Positions 13,701 through 25,900 of a stretch of DNA of 64,000 nucleotides are shown piece by piece. How positions within the stretch are numbered: position 1 is the stretch's first letter; each line of letters opens with the position of its first letter. Origin of the DNA: Raillietiella orientalis (lineage: Eukaryota); NCBI GenBank assembly GCA_036172245.1, contig JAYWIR010000004.1:2790001-2854000 (forward strand), read 5' to 3'. The position numbers and the translations under genes are program-made. Below the pieces are notes generated by a model. The model saw nothing but the letters and a program-made list of their open reading frames with translations. It was not told where the DNA came from and did no database searches.

Positions 13701-14589
13701 GGGAGGGGGTGCAGTGTCCTTCCTGCGGCTCTCCGGCGTATGCGCTCGTCGAAATGTCCCGAGAGCTCGGCCCGCGGGCTCGTTCCTCCCGGGAAAAGCC
13801 ATCGGAATGCGAAGTTCTTCTCGCCTATTAAGGTAGAGGCAATTAGGGCCACCAAGCGCGCCTCGGGGCGAGGGCCAGCTCTGCCATCAGGGGCGCGCGC
13901 GGAAGAAAACCCCTGCAAGTCCCCGCCGCGGGTCTGTCCCCGGCGGTCCTCGAGGTGGGTTCCGCACTTTCTTTGCCCTCGAGAGTGGTCGAAGGTCGCA
14001 AGCAACGCGCTTGACATTTCAGCGTCCTGAGAGCTCTGGCTGGGGCGTGAAGCGACGTCTCGTGGCATCTCGCCAGCGCCATCTTAATCCTGCAAGGACG
14101 CGAATCGCTTCCAGATGCACCTTATCAACGATGCACGTGTTTTCCATCGCAGCGCGCGCCTGCGTCCGGGATAAATCAATGTCTGCGAGGTTCCCGTGGT
14201 TCTGCAAAGACGTAGAGGTTTCCGGGGAGGTGCCTGGACCTAACGTCGGCTGCCTTTTCCCCCTTGTCCCTCTTACGAAGTGCAGGCGAGCAGGTCTTCG
14301 GCTGCCTTCTTGGAGACTGGTTCCTCTCGATTCCCGCAAGGAAACCTCTTGGAGAGGGGGGGAGGGGGAATTCGCCTGAGGGAGTCGTTCGGCACTACTA
14401 CTCTGTCGAGGGAAGATCCCACGCGGCTCCTGGAACTCCATTCTACCCCTCCCCCCGTCCCTCCGAACTCATCCGAGGGGTACATCCTCCGTTTCCGTGT
14501 AGAGGGACTCGTCTTCCAGATCCCAAGACCCAGACTGATGGGTGCGTCTTTTGAAGACACGCAAACTCCGTCAAGGCAAAAGGTCCCGG

Positions 14590-14770
14590 ACGAGGTCGTA
14601 GGAAATCGGATACGTTGCTCTGGGTTACCACATCAGTTCAGGTGGTCACGTGGGTCGGCCCGGACGAAACGAGAAAGCCAAGGAATTTGCGACGACCTCT
14701 CCGTGTGCTTTCTGCCGAGACAGTAACCTCACTCGTCTCTTCTCCAAAGACCACAGTTGCCGGACGGCTG
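14590..14770 (+). mobile_element. Decayed zf-RVT-like remnant
   Basis: SGLPHQFRWSRGS (cf. WGLP...RFHWTRGS at 18.4 kb), followed in other frames by SPCAFC / AETVT / H. Confidence 0.3.
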
Positions 14771-16589
14771 AAGGAAGCCGATCACGCCCACGCACGCTGT
14801 TGTGAATGTCGCTTCCGCTAATCCCCCCCCCCCTCCTCCTTTCCCCCCCTTCGCCCCAAGCAGCCGCAACGCAAATCCCATTTAGTGTATCTTCCCTCCT
14901 TCGATAAGCAGCACCCTTTCAAGATTTTGTTCCGGGTCCCCACATCCTGGAGCTGTGCTGAGGTGAGACGGAGAGTCACTTCCTGATTCACGGAAGAAGA
15001 GGTAAGCGACTTCGTCTGAGTTAATGACCTTCGAAACCGTCATGGATGCCTGGGTAAGTAAAACAGGCAGTCGAAAAGCTGCCCATTCGTCGAGTCCATT
15101 TGCTTTTCATCTTGTTTTTTTTTTTTTTTTTTCTTCGAAAAATCCAGAATCTGATCAGTTTCCAAATCACGTCAGCAGCAGGATCGTGACACGGAGCTTC
15201 CTGGATTTCCCAAAGTTTCCAGCTTCTAACGGATCCTGCACGGCCGCACAGGAGTGTGTAGACGGATTGTGATGTTCACAAATATCGTTTGCACAGCTCT
15301 TACAGGGTGGGAGACTACGAGGTGCAATCCATCACTTCGGCAAACCCTGCTTGTTCGCTTCTCTGCATTCCCCCCGTTTCCATGAACTGCCCAAGGCCAA
15401 ATGAATCCTCGGATCAACAGCTCTGTGAGGCTAACTAACCAGAATGAGGGCACGCAGATTACAAGTTCCAGTTAATCTTGCCTGCACACTGGACTTCCCC
15501 CTCTGCCCTTAAACGTCATTTCGCGGACTCGGGGCGAAATGTGGCGCGTGGTTCGCACCTAGACCGCATCGAGCATCAGGAAACCGAAAGTACCATCCTC
15601 CCCATGCTGCTGGCCTACTGAGGTCATCGCTAGAGCTTCACTTGTGTAGTCACGCACTCGCTGGTGCCTTGTAGCTCGACGGACAGAGGATTCTGCTGGA
15701 AATCAAGGGGACGTTTGAGTAAGGACATCGGTACGTTTGCAAAAGTAAGATACCGGCTTCAGGCATCCGAGGAATTCGGAAGAACACAACATTGAGGGAT
15801 GAAGAACGTGCCGCGTCGTCTTGTTTTCACTTGCAGCCTAATTCTTCTCACCTCATTGCACAAACTGAGCAACGAGAAAAAAGAATTTGCTTGCTCGAGT
15901 ACTGAACTAAAAACACCGAGTCGTGTGAGCGTTTGAGAGCCACGTTTGTGGAGACTACGGCTGAGGAAGCACCTTGTAGCGGACCTTTACTACCTCGAAC
16001 ATTTTTTTCCATTCTGCTCAGTCCCTCTGTCCTTGCTTCTTGCTCCTCTCATTCATTTAATCACTGGGGCTTCCTTTGAAAGTGAAATGGTTCTGCAAAT
16101 AAGCGCCAACATCAAATGATGTCTCCAAACAAACTGGAGCATTGAGGCAAAAGGATACACACTCCCTATTTGAGGTTGATAAGGATGAGTTTGAGTTGAT
16201 AAGGATTCGATTTTTCGAGGACGGAAGCTTTCTCATTTTTGACACCTTTTTCTGGATTGGATCCGGTGTTCCCGTGCAATTTTGCATGGAAAAACTGTTA
16301 TCCTCTTCCGCCTTTGAATTTCCTGGCTACACCATGCAATCCTTCGATCACTGTTCCCACTTGCACAAAGGAAAGGCGGACTCCCACCGAGCTGCCATTC
16401 AGAATCCTAGAATATCGGATAATTGCTGTTTTTGCTCACCTGACACAAGCTGCTTGGTCAAATTACCCTCAAATGGGCTATGATCGACTCAAAACTCCTG
16501 TTGGATACCATGCACTCATTGGAGGGCAGGCCAGGTCTCACAATGATTATGTACAAAAGTCGAAAAAACAGCGACTTACCCCACCAATC

Positions 16590-17085
16590 TTCACAAAACT
16601 TGCAAGCTAACGAGTACGCAGATGTGTCGATAGCCGTCATGTTCCATTGAAATTATGAAGAGATGTTCCACTTCTCATGCGATATTGTACTTCCATTCCT
16701 CCAAGATTGTAACTTATGATCAATGCTACACCAAAATGCGCAAAGTGATACCTTTTGCCCCGTCTGGATTTTCTCTTCGTCACAGTAGATGTAGTTCGTG
16801 TGGGGGAACTTTTGGTTCCCCCATAGTTGAAGTGCTTGTTAGGTCCTTGACTTTTTACATCTGAGATTTTTTAGTCAAACTGAGTCCAGGCCCTACAGAC
16901 CACCTGGAAGTAGATAGCATCCCTCTGCTCACCTATTGCCTAGAGATCGTATCGATTTGCTTCATAAAGCGTCTAAAAAAATATGTCCATTATTCTTCGA
17001 TTCCAAGGAATTCCGATCACTACGTAAGTGAGTTAATGTCTCGCGGTTAGTCACCAGAAAGTTCCAGAATCCACCTTCACCACTT
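16590..17085 (-). mobile_element. Decayed RTE-like RT remnant
   Basis: Minus strand, in RT order with frameshifts: GGFW..THL, SLESKNNG, IFFRRFMKQIDTISR (cf. FIDFxKAFDTVSR), SRRG (RQG), NG..LSTHLR (cf. NG..LNHLRFADD). Confidence 0.35.
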
Positions 17086-18154
17086 TTCTGTATTGGAACG
17101 CACAAACAGCACGCATGTTTGCAAACATCTCCCTATTCTGTTGGCACGCTTTTCTGAGATGAAAAATCTGTCTGCATCCAGAAGTGAGAAGCTCTGCAGA
17201 ACTTTGAACTTACTGTCATTTGCTCTCCCACTGCTCTATAAGATACAGAACGTCAGCCTTCACCAATCTGTCTTTCAGAATGCAGAGAGATAAATATGCG
17301 TGCAGCTTTGTGCTTCCAGATTACATTTTCCAGAGTACCTTCTCCTGTGATGAAACCGGTAAGTTTTCTCTGCATGCAAAGTTAAACTATAGACTTGGAA
17401 TTATGGGATGATTTCAGAGACGATGACTCTAAGCGAAGCATTCTCTTAATTATATTCATAAAAATGATGACTTTCCTAGAGTGCAGGCGTTTTGATGATT
17501 GAGAGACATATTTGGATGACTTGAAGAACAGCAAAACGAAAGCGGTATTCCCTATTGAGGAATTTCATTGCAACCAAATCGACTGTAGTTGTGCACAGCG
17601 TAGACTTGTGAAATCTCTTATTAAAATTCAGAGCACTATAGCTTTTCAGGTTCAGTTACAAGCATCCAGATATTTATATGTGGCAACATCCAGCTGAACT
17701 ATCGCAGACACCATGAGGTTTTCAACAGAGATTTGGATTATTCGTGTTTCAGGCCTATTAAAAAATCTCACCGCTACTACGATCCATGGATCCAAAAACT
17801 ACAGTCTTGTTGTTAATATGGGTACTAGACTGTTAGTATGATCATGTTTCTCTTCATCTCAAATATGTACAAGTCAGTCAATTAAGCGGTACAGGTTTCT
17901 TCCGAGATTGAAAGGAAACTGATCTGCAAGTGTAGTTTTTTTCATACTTGGAACTGTTCTAGAGTACAGCAAAGCAACAGTGCACAGGTAATTTGTTCTT
18001 CACATATATTGTAAATAAGTCTTTCATGGGAGGACAACATCTAGATTGGCTTCCTGAGAATTATGCAAAACGAATACACATCCTTCGTCTCTCACTATTG
18101 ACAGTTCAACCTATTTACTTTAACCAGCAAATTAAGTGGATGTCATATTGCAGT

Positions 18155-18821
18155 TGAAGCGGGGGGTGGTGGCGCCGCGACCACCTCGTCCTCCCCGCCC
18201 CCAATGTCTTCCACCAGCAAGCAGTCGATGCGTTGCCTGACAGCCGACACGTGAGCCAACGAGACCTCCCCCCGCCCTCCCATCCAAAGACGACGACGAT
18301 GCTGCAGCCGCCACCTATCCCCCCCCCCCGCAAGGGGTTTCAGGCTTCTCCCCCTGAAGTGGCAAGAGTCGGCGCTACTGCTGTTGCACTGGGGTTTACC
18401 CTGCAACGCGCGCCGCTTCCACTGGACGCGGGGAAGTGTAAGGCCTGAGTGTGCCAGGTGTGGGGAGCGGGAATCGCTCCCCCACCTACTCGTTGACTGT
18501 GCTGCCCTCCGACCCCTATGGGAACGGTTCGGGACGACCCTCGGGCTCCCAGTGGGCAGCCAACCCAGAGACGTTTTCCGTCTTCTCTTCGTGCGGGACG
18601 CCCTTCAGCTAGCTGCAGCCGTGGCAGCACTCTGCTGCATCCGAGGCATCGTGGCGGCCTGGAGCGATACCCGCGACGGAGGAGTGGATACCAACGAGAG
18701 GGATGTCATCCCGTATGCGGTCTGCTTCATGCGGAAAGCTGCAGGATGGCCCCAGCTGGGTGACATGCGGATGGACCTCGAGGGTATCCTGCGAAGGATG
18801 GGCCCTCCTCCCAGTGGATAG
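18155..18821 (+). mobile_element. 5'-truncated L1/Tx1-like LINE, 3' end of ORF2 (zf-RVT CCHC region)
   Basis: Abrupt GC-rich insert encoding LLPLKWQESALLLLHWGLPCNARRFHWTRGSVRPECARCGERESLPHLLVDCAALRPLW, the CxxC..ES..HL...C..W motif of L1-clade ORF2 C-termini. A probable 3' UTR follows to ~19.2 kb. Confidence 0.75.
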
Positions 18822-19949
18822 TGATCCCTTCCCCTCCCTCCAAACTCTATTTGTTTTTTCTTTATTTTTATTTTTGTTTTCTCCCAAACTCCCCTCCACT
18901 GCCGAGGAGCGTCACGCCGGGCTGCGTCCCGGCGTCCCGTCAGGTCCGGTGTTGTGTGGCCGTTAGTGGGGCCTCGTACCACGTTATGTAGATTTTGTAA
19001 TAAACTCCCCGAGCGTACCCGGGTGGCAACCCCTGCCCAAGCCCCTCGCGGCCCCCTTAGCGAGCGAGAGGGAGAGTTCCGGGATGGCGCCGCCGTTCCC
19101 TTCAAGGGAGGAAGGTCTCCCTCGAGGAGGACCCCCGAAGCCCCCTCCTCCTCCCAGCAAAGTTCTGAGTTCATTGTAGATGTTTCGCAGATATTCTCTA
19201 GGTGTTTTGATTTCCTTAACTATACTTATACTTGAATTTTGTTTTTTTTGATTCTTTTTCATAGACACTGTTCACGACGACTAGTGTTTATGTTTTCTGG
19301 TATGTTTGATACGTGCATTTATTTAAATCTCTTTATAGGCAATTTTATATCTAAGTTCAATCAAGGAAGTGGAAGCATAAAAAAGCTCAGAAACAAATGA
19401 CTTGACCCCCTCCTTCCCCCCCACAGACACACATTACAATTGTGAATCACTTTTTATTAACGTGAATTTTTTCAAATCATTACATGAGATGTTTTCTGGA
19501 GACTCGGTTTTTCTGCTTTCGATCTTCCTGGGTTCACATTTGGTCGGCTGAAAATTAGACCGACATAAGAAGCAACGAATATACGCTGCTAAATGATGTA
19601 ACGCGATCTAACTGAATAAATTTACAATGGAGATTAAACTCTCACCCACAATAAGGTGCTATTAAAAACGGAGCAATGAAATGAGACTATGAGCATTTTC
19701 TAAATTATATAAGTTGTGTAGCTTTTTTTGTTGTTGTTTTTGCTTCGAATTCACCTTCAAGGGAATATGTAACATTGAATTATGCAAACTATATGGCAGA
19801 TGAATAGTGAAACATATCTGGTATCTTTCATGATGTGGACGAAATTCAAAATTTTCAGTATCCAAATGTTTTCAAAATGTGAATGGAAGCAGTACGTTTT
19901 GATTTCATGAAGCAGCCAAAATTATGCTTAACATTTTATCGAAATTCAA

Positions 19950-22900
19950 ATGATAATCGATGAAGAAATGCAATTGAATACCGAAGAGACAGCATTTTCT
20001 GTAGTGAAGCATTCATGGAAAGGACGGTAAATGGTTGCTTTCTACCATTGAATATGCTTTTTCAGCAAAACAGATATTAGTGTGACTGCTAGTATTATAA
20101 CTGGTAGTTTGCAACAGTGGAAGCAGCCAAATACTTTTATGTATACTATTAATATTTGTCAATAAAGGATGTTGCAATTAGTTTGTATTCGGAGCTCATC
20201 CCAGGTCACATATAATGTACCTGTATATTACCAGTTTATGAACGTACCGGCTCGTATTAATTTGTGTAATCACTGCAAAGTGAAAATTATGTTATCAAGT
20301 AAATTTAGTTGCATCACATTGAAACGTAGTTTTAATTCATGATCACTTTATTGTGGATAGTTGCATTTTCAGTTGCAAAAGTTTGCCAGATTAGAAGAAA
20401 ATGAATGGAAAACTAATTAACAGCTTAGCACTGATTCATTTGCGAACACTGTTTTCTTTTATCAATAAGTGACTCGTTGATTCACAGAAAAGTTGAGTAG
20501 GAATATGAGTTCATGTCTATTTTTTTTGGCATTCTTTGATTGCATCCTATTAATGAGTATGTTAATGTATTGCAGAGAGATTCTAGTTTTGTTAGCTTTC
20601 AGTCGAATGTGGAACGAAATCTAGCATGTTTGTCCTTATTTCCAAACTTTAGGATAATGGCATCCGAACACCTAAGCACATCCTAGATTCATCTTCTAAA
20701 AGTTTTATTTAGAAGATGAACTATTCCCACCAGTTCTTCATCAGCTTGTTAGCTAGCTTTCATGACCTGCATATTTTTCACTTCCAAATTTTCTTAATGT
20801 ATGTATGTGTAGTGTGGTTGAACATACAAGCTTAAGCTTTTCGGATTTCCTGAAAATAGAGAAAGCATATCTCTAAAAAAAATTGCTTGTCACTAAACTT
20901 ATATGCATTCAGTAAGCGGCTTCAGGATTTTCAAGTATTGAATGTTTTATTTTATGTTGGAGATGTAGTGAGGTATGAATTTCATTTATTTCCGTTTTTG
21001 TTTGTTTTGCCAACCTACACAGAACCTTGCTTATTGTATTAATGTCACATGCATACAGAAGAGCTAAGTGTATGCTCATCCTATTTTAAATTACTTGGTT
21101 TTGCAATTAGTTCTCACCCATTATTTAAGAATGCATTTTGCCTGGTTTAATTGTTTGTTTGTTATTTCAATAAGGAAAGTTAAATTCTCTTTTTTATATT
21201 CAAGGTATTTCTGCTTGCTAAAACTGAATTTTAAGGTTTATCTTGAAAAATTTTATAAAATGGATTTTAAAATCTTTGGACATGTTAACATGAGCTGAGG
21301 AAAGGAAAGGAAGATTTACTTTTTTGCTAGACATGAATATTAGAAAGATGTGAATGTTCAGAAATGTGTTAATCAATTTCACCTCTACAGTCTCCACTTA
21401 TCTCCTTTATGAAATTTTCCAAACTTTTTATTTTCTGATTAAATTTTAGGGGGAAAAAAAAAAGGATTCACAACTAGGAATGCTGTAACTGTGTAGTATT
21501 CCATAGGGAATGAATCTGATAACATGCCAGCGAATATAACCAATAATAAAAAAGTCTGTGTGCACATTGAATTTTCGAGATTTCTAGTTTGTAATATAAA
21601 GAAACTGGCATAGAAGATCATTGGTGTTTATTCCAAATAAAATTTGGCTTCACTGACGTTAGTCAGAGTTTCTTAAACTAGAATGATGTGCTGTTAGTAA
21701 TATGTTTGTAGTTCTGAAACGATATGAGGAATTCAGGAGGATTATCAATTACGAATAATTGCTCAGTTCCTAAGGGTGAACTCTAAGCTGTCAAAAGCTG
21801 TCAAGTAGGTATTGGAAAAAGAGGAACATGAGCAGTTTAAAATGAATGCAAATTCTTTTTTAGTTGTCATTTAAGTGCATACAAGCCATTTCAACGATCA
21901 CTATGGTAGTCTGAATATGTTCTTGGAATGCTTTGTGATTGACTTTAAAGACTGCTGACTTTTTGAAAAAATGTTCCTTCTAATTGATTGTCAGTTGGTC
22001 CAGCATAAATTTGGTTACTGATGCAAGATCCACCTTTTAAACTTCCTATCCTTTCCATAAAAGTGATGATTAATCACGAATTTCGAAAGCCCTCAATGAA
22101 TAGAAATTACTTCAATAAGTTTATGCACTAAGTACAGAGAAAATATCAGAATTTATGTTGAAAATTTCAGTATTCTTAGAATGTAAGCGCCTTTTGGTTG
22201 AACAAGCCTTGAAAACTAAAAACACAGCATTCGTAGGAACAAAAATAGGAGTAAAAAGCACAACTGTACTATAGCATAATATCCAGATGAGACTTTTAAA
22301 AATGGTCAAGTGGAAGTTTGGATATGGTTTGGATTGGCTTTAGTTTGGATGCATTTAAAAACACAATTATTGAAAAGGAGCACTTAGGAGTAACATCCCT
22401 AGTTTAGGACGTGAAACAGAATGAGACATAATCCTGATATCTTTAACACACCTATACTAATAGGTGTGTTGGTATTACCCATTGTAAAGATGCGAGGAAG
22501 AGAAGTAACAACATTCCTTAGAGAATGCTGTTAATTACGGTATTATGCTTTGGGGATTCCAGTGGTTTACTTAAGATAAGAATGAAATCTTCAATGGAAA
22601 CTATACTGTAGCTCGTTTTTTGTTTTTTTATCTCTCAGTTTTTACGTATTTATGTTTGAAAATGTGAAGAAATACTCCACAGCTCATGAAAAAGAATTCT
22701 TGGGAATGATGGGATGGAAAACTAGAAATTAGAATGTCAGGATTATGTCTTCAAGATTTTTCACAAAACTAGATGTTCTTTATTCCCAGTAGTTAAAGAA
22801 ACTCAGGGGGTTTAAGACTATTTGGAACATATTGATAACAAATAATGATACCATCAACATTTTCATGAAATTGGGAAATGAAAATAAATCTAAGTTGTTG

Positions 22901-25900
22901 ACCATTTGTTCGATAATTTGCATCTTTCCCCTTCTTAAAAACTCATTTGCAAAAAGTCTTGTGTTCTGTGCTTCCAGATCGTAATAATATTAATCTGCAT
23001 GCAATTGCTAAATGGTTCTGGTACTTTCTGAAACAGTGTTATTCATCCTTAGTTGTTGAATCTCCTCATATAACGAGATTTTTCACCTAAATGTATTTTA
23101 AGAACTTTGCATCGTTATTGATGCAAATTTGTATCATTTACTTGCAACATCTATTGATGATTTAATATAGTCTCATAATTATTATTTTTGAAATTCTGTT
23201 TTAGATATAAGAGGGTGTTTTCTGTAAATAAGCATTCAGTGAAAACCTTGAATCCATTAACAATGGAAGTCACAAATGAATTTCTCCATGAAGACATAAT
23301 TCGTGCCTATCCTATCATGAAATCAAATGATAACTCAGAGTTTCAATTAGTATTTAAAAAGGGCAAGAAAGAAATTAGCATGGTATTTGTCTCAAAACAA
23401 AGGCCTGAAATACTGACTCAGATACTAAAATATCAGAAAAATTCTTTCAATCCAGGAAAACAAACAAATTTGGTGAGAGGTTTTCGATTTCTTAATATCT
23501 CGTGACGTTTTCGGCGGCAATTTTTAGGTTTTTGATGCTCATAAGTATCACTGGTCCGGATCTCTAATTCCAATAAAGTTAGAAGTTACCACATATGCAT
23601 TATGTGTGCTGGAATGCAATTCTCTGGCTGTCCAAGCTTTTTACTGTTATAAAGATATTCAGAAAATCCAGCAAATATCAAATTCCCCTAACTCTGTGAT
23701 TTTGGTATTGAATAACGTTCATCGAAAAGTAAGATTATAATAATAACAATAACTTGTATGTATGAATTTCAGTATGTGTTTGCATGTAATAATAATAGAC
23801 AGATGATAGATTACATGGTAGAATATGCCAAAACATATTTAGGGTTGCAGTTAGATAGTTCCTCTACTGTAACTTGGCAAGCATTTCAGCAGTGCCAGTA
23901 TGGGAAATATAGGTACCTATTCCAGAAGCATAGGCATTAGCATTTGATTGTTTTAAATCTAGTGATGAAGAACACCTAACTTCCCTGTCTGAATTTTCAG
24001 TACACAAAGTCAATCCTTGTTTGAGCTGCTTGACTAAAAGATTATTGTGCCTTACAGAATCTTGCCTCATAGAAAGAGATTTGTCTACATATCGTATTTG
24101 TTCGCTGCGCCCATTGTGTGATATCTTCTGTTTATTGCTTGATACCGAAAATCAGCAAAAATTTACGATCCTTTATATGGATTCAAACACTTGCACTTAT
24201 GTGTGTGCTGACAGGTTTTATACTTTTGAAAACTTTCAGTCACTAAATGTTTTTAGAGATACTGTTTTAGCTACCTTATTGGATTCCGTACGCACTGTAG
24301 GAAACTGTGATGCATATGTGACTACATGCATTGCATTACATTGGAGAATAGGTCCTTTAATTATTCCTGTTGAAGAAGAAATCGAGTCAGCGCATATGCA
24401 CTTCATTCTGGAACAGCCAGCTGGGATGACTTATATGGAAAGCCTACTTAGATTCAATATGAATGTTAATTATTCTGGATTAGTTTATTCAGTCACACAA
24501 GATGTAAGACATGTGATTCCAAATGCCCTTCCAATTACAAATGTTGGGCAGGGTCTCTTTGCTGAAAATAAGCAAAAGTTGATCTTCTCCTGTCTGCAAG
24601 CTATTGCATTTCAAGACTTACCATCAAAAAATACTCACACTTTCCTAGAGGCCGAGTTTCAAGCTATGCGCCGTTTGGTATCTTGTAAAGCTGGATTTGG
24701 TGCATTTACTTCCTTGATTGGGTATGTGATCTTGAACTAAATTTTTTCTCACCAATTTTGTATCCTAAGTATCCAGGCAGTTTTTTACATGTGCAGGATG
24801 TTCAATTATCTAATATGTTTGAAAATGTACATTGATTTGTAAATGAAATGGATGAATGAATGTTCTTATTTCATGTTTCACTTTTAATTAGTACAACATT
24901 TTGTAGCTTTATTGGTAGTAAATTTCAAAATGATTGATTTTGTTTCTAAAAAATAAGACAATTTTTCCATTATACTAAAAGAAAAACAAAAGCACATGAA
25001 ATGTATGTAACTTAAATCTCTAATGAAACATAATAAGAAGGTTTAAGTTCGAAAATCAAGATTTTTCTTTTAATATAAATTCATTCAGGCTCATTAATGC
25101 AGTGCATTCATTTCTGTTTACTATTATGTGATTTCAAATGTTAGGGATTGATTCACAGTGAGAAAAATTGATGTTGATTTATGTTGATTTTGTAAATCAT
25201 GTAATACATGTCTGTGATTCGTAGAAGTAGCAAATCATCTTTTTTGTTATGATTGCGTTTTGGTATTTTGTAATTTTCAATACCTGGAAACCTTGGAATT
25301 AGAGCAAAGCTTTTGCACTTCATTGGAACATTCATTTTATTTAAGTTGGTCTGTACCATTCTTCCTAGAGCTTAGAAATCCTAATTAACATTTGATGTAG
25401 ATCAATTGATCAAAAATACTTAAATTCCTTGATTTCTTTTTGTATTTGCTTTTCTGTTTTTATGCTGTGTCAATCTTGTCAACTCAATGTTCACCATTAC
25501 TCTCAGCATAAGTTTGAAACAGAAAACCAATCCATAGAAATTGATGTTTTCTTAGCGAGTAAGATGACTTCGTTCTCGTCCACATAGTTTTGGTTCAATA
25601 ATAAGTTGCAGATATCGATTTTTTTTAATTTATTTCACTAGTAATGTATTCAGAAATACGGGCCCTTGCATTTGCAACAGCCCATATTTCTGAACATAAA
25701 ATATTCGTGGAGGAATAAATGTTAAATAATTTATCCTTAAATCTAAAGATAAGTTATTTTATATCACTCATTACATATGATTCTTAATGAAGAAATACCT
25801 TTGTGGACTTGCATCATCGTAGAAGTATGTGAATTGTACTAAAATACAAGCATTTCCTAATAATGTCCTCTGGAATGTTAACTGGAATCATGTTGCAAAT

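Larger units (their letters stand above)
1..14900. other. Largely GC/CpG-rich intergenic block with polypurine/polypyrimidine and G/C homopolymer tracts
   Basis: First 60-nt line is 41/60 G+C versus 14/60 for a sampled DNAJC13 intron line. Overlapping R/P/G/S-rich ORFs in all six frames lack recognisable intact domains. Confidence 0.8.

Noticed and set aside
34..14441. Long overlapping ORFs (e.g. 3332-5404, 690 aa; 5789-7444, 551 aa)
   Set aside because: Present in all six frames, R/P/G/S-rich, run through homopolymers and lack intact domains; expected from stop-codon scarcity at high GC.
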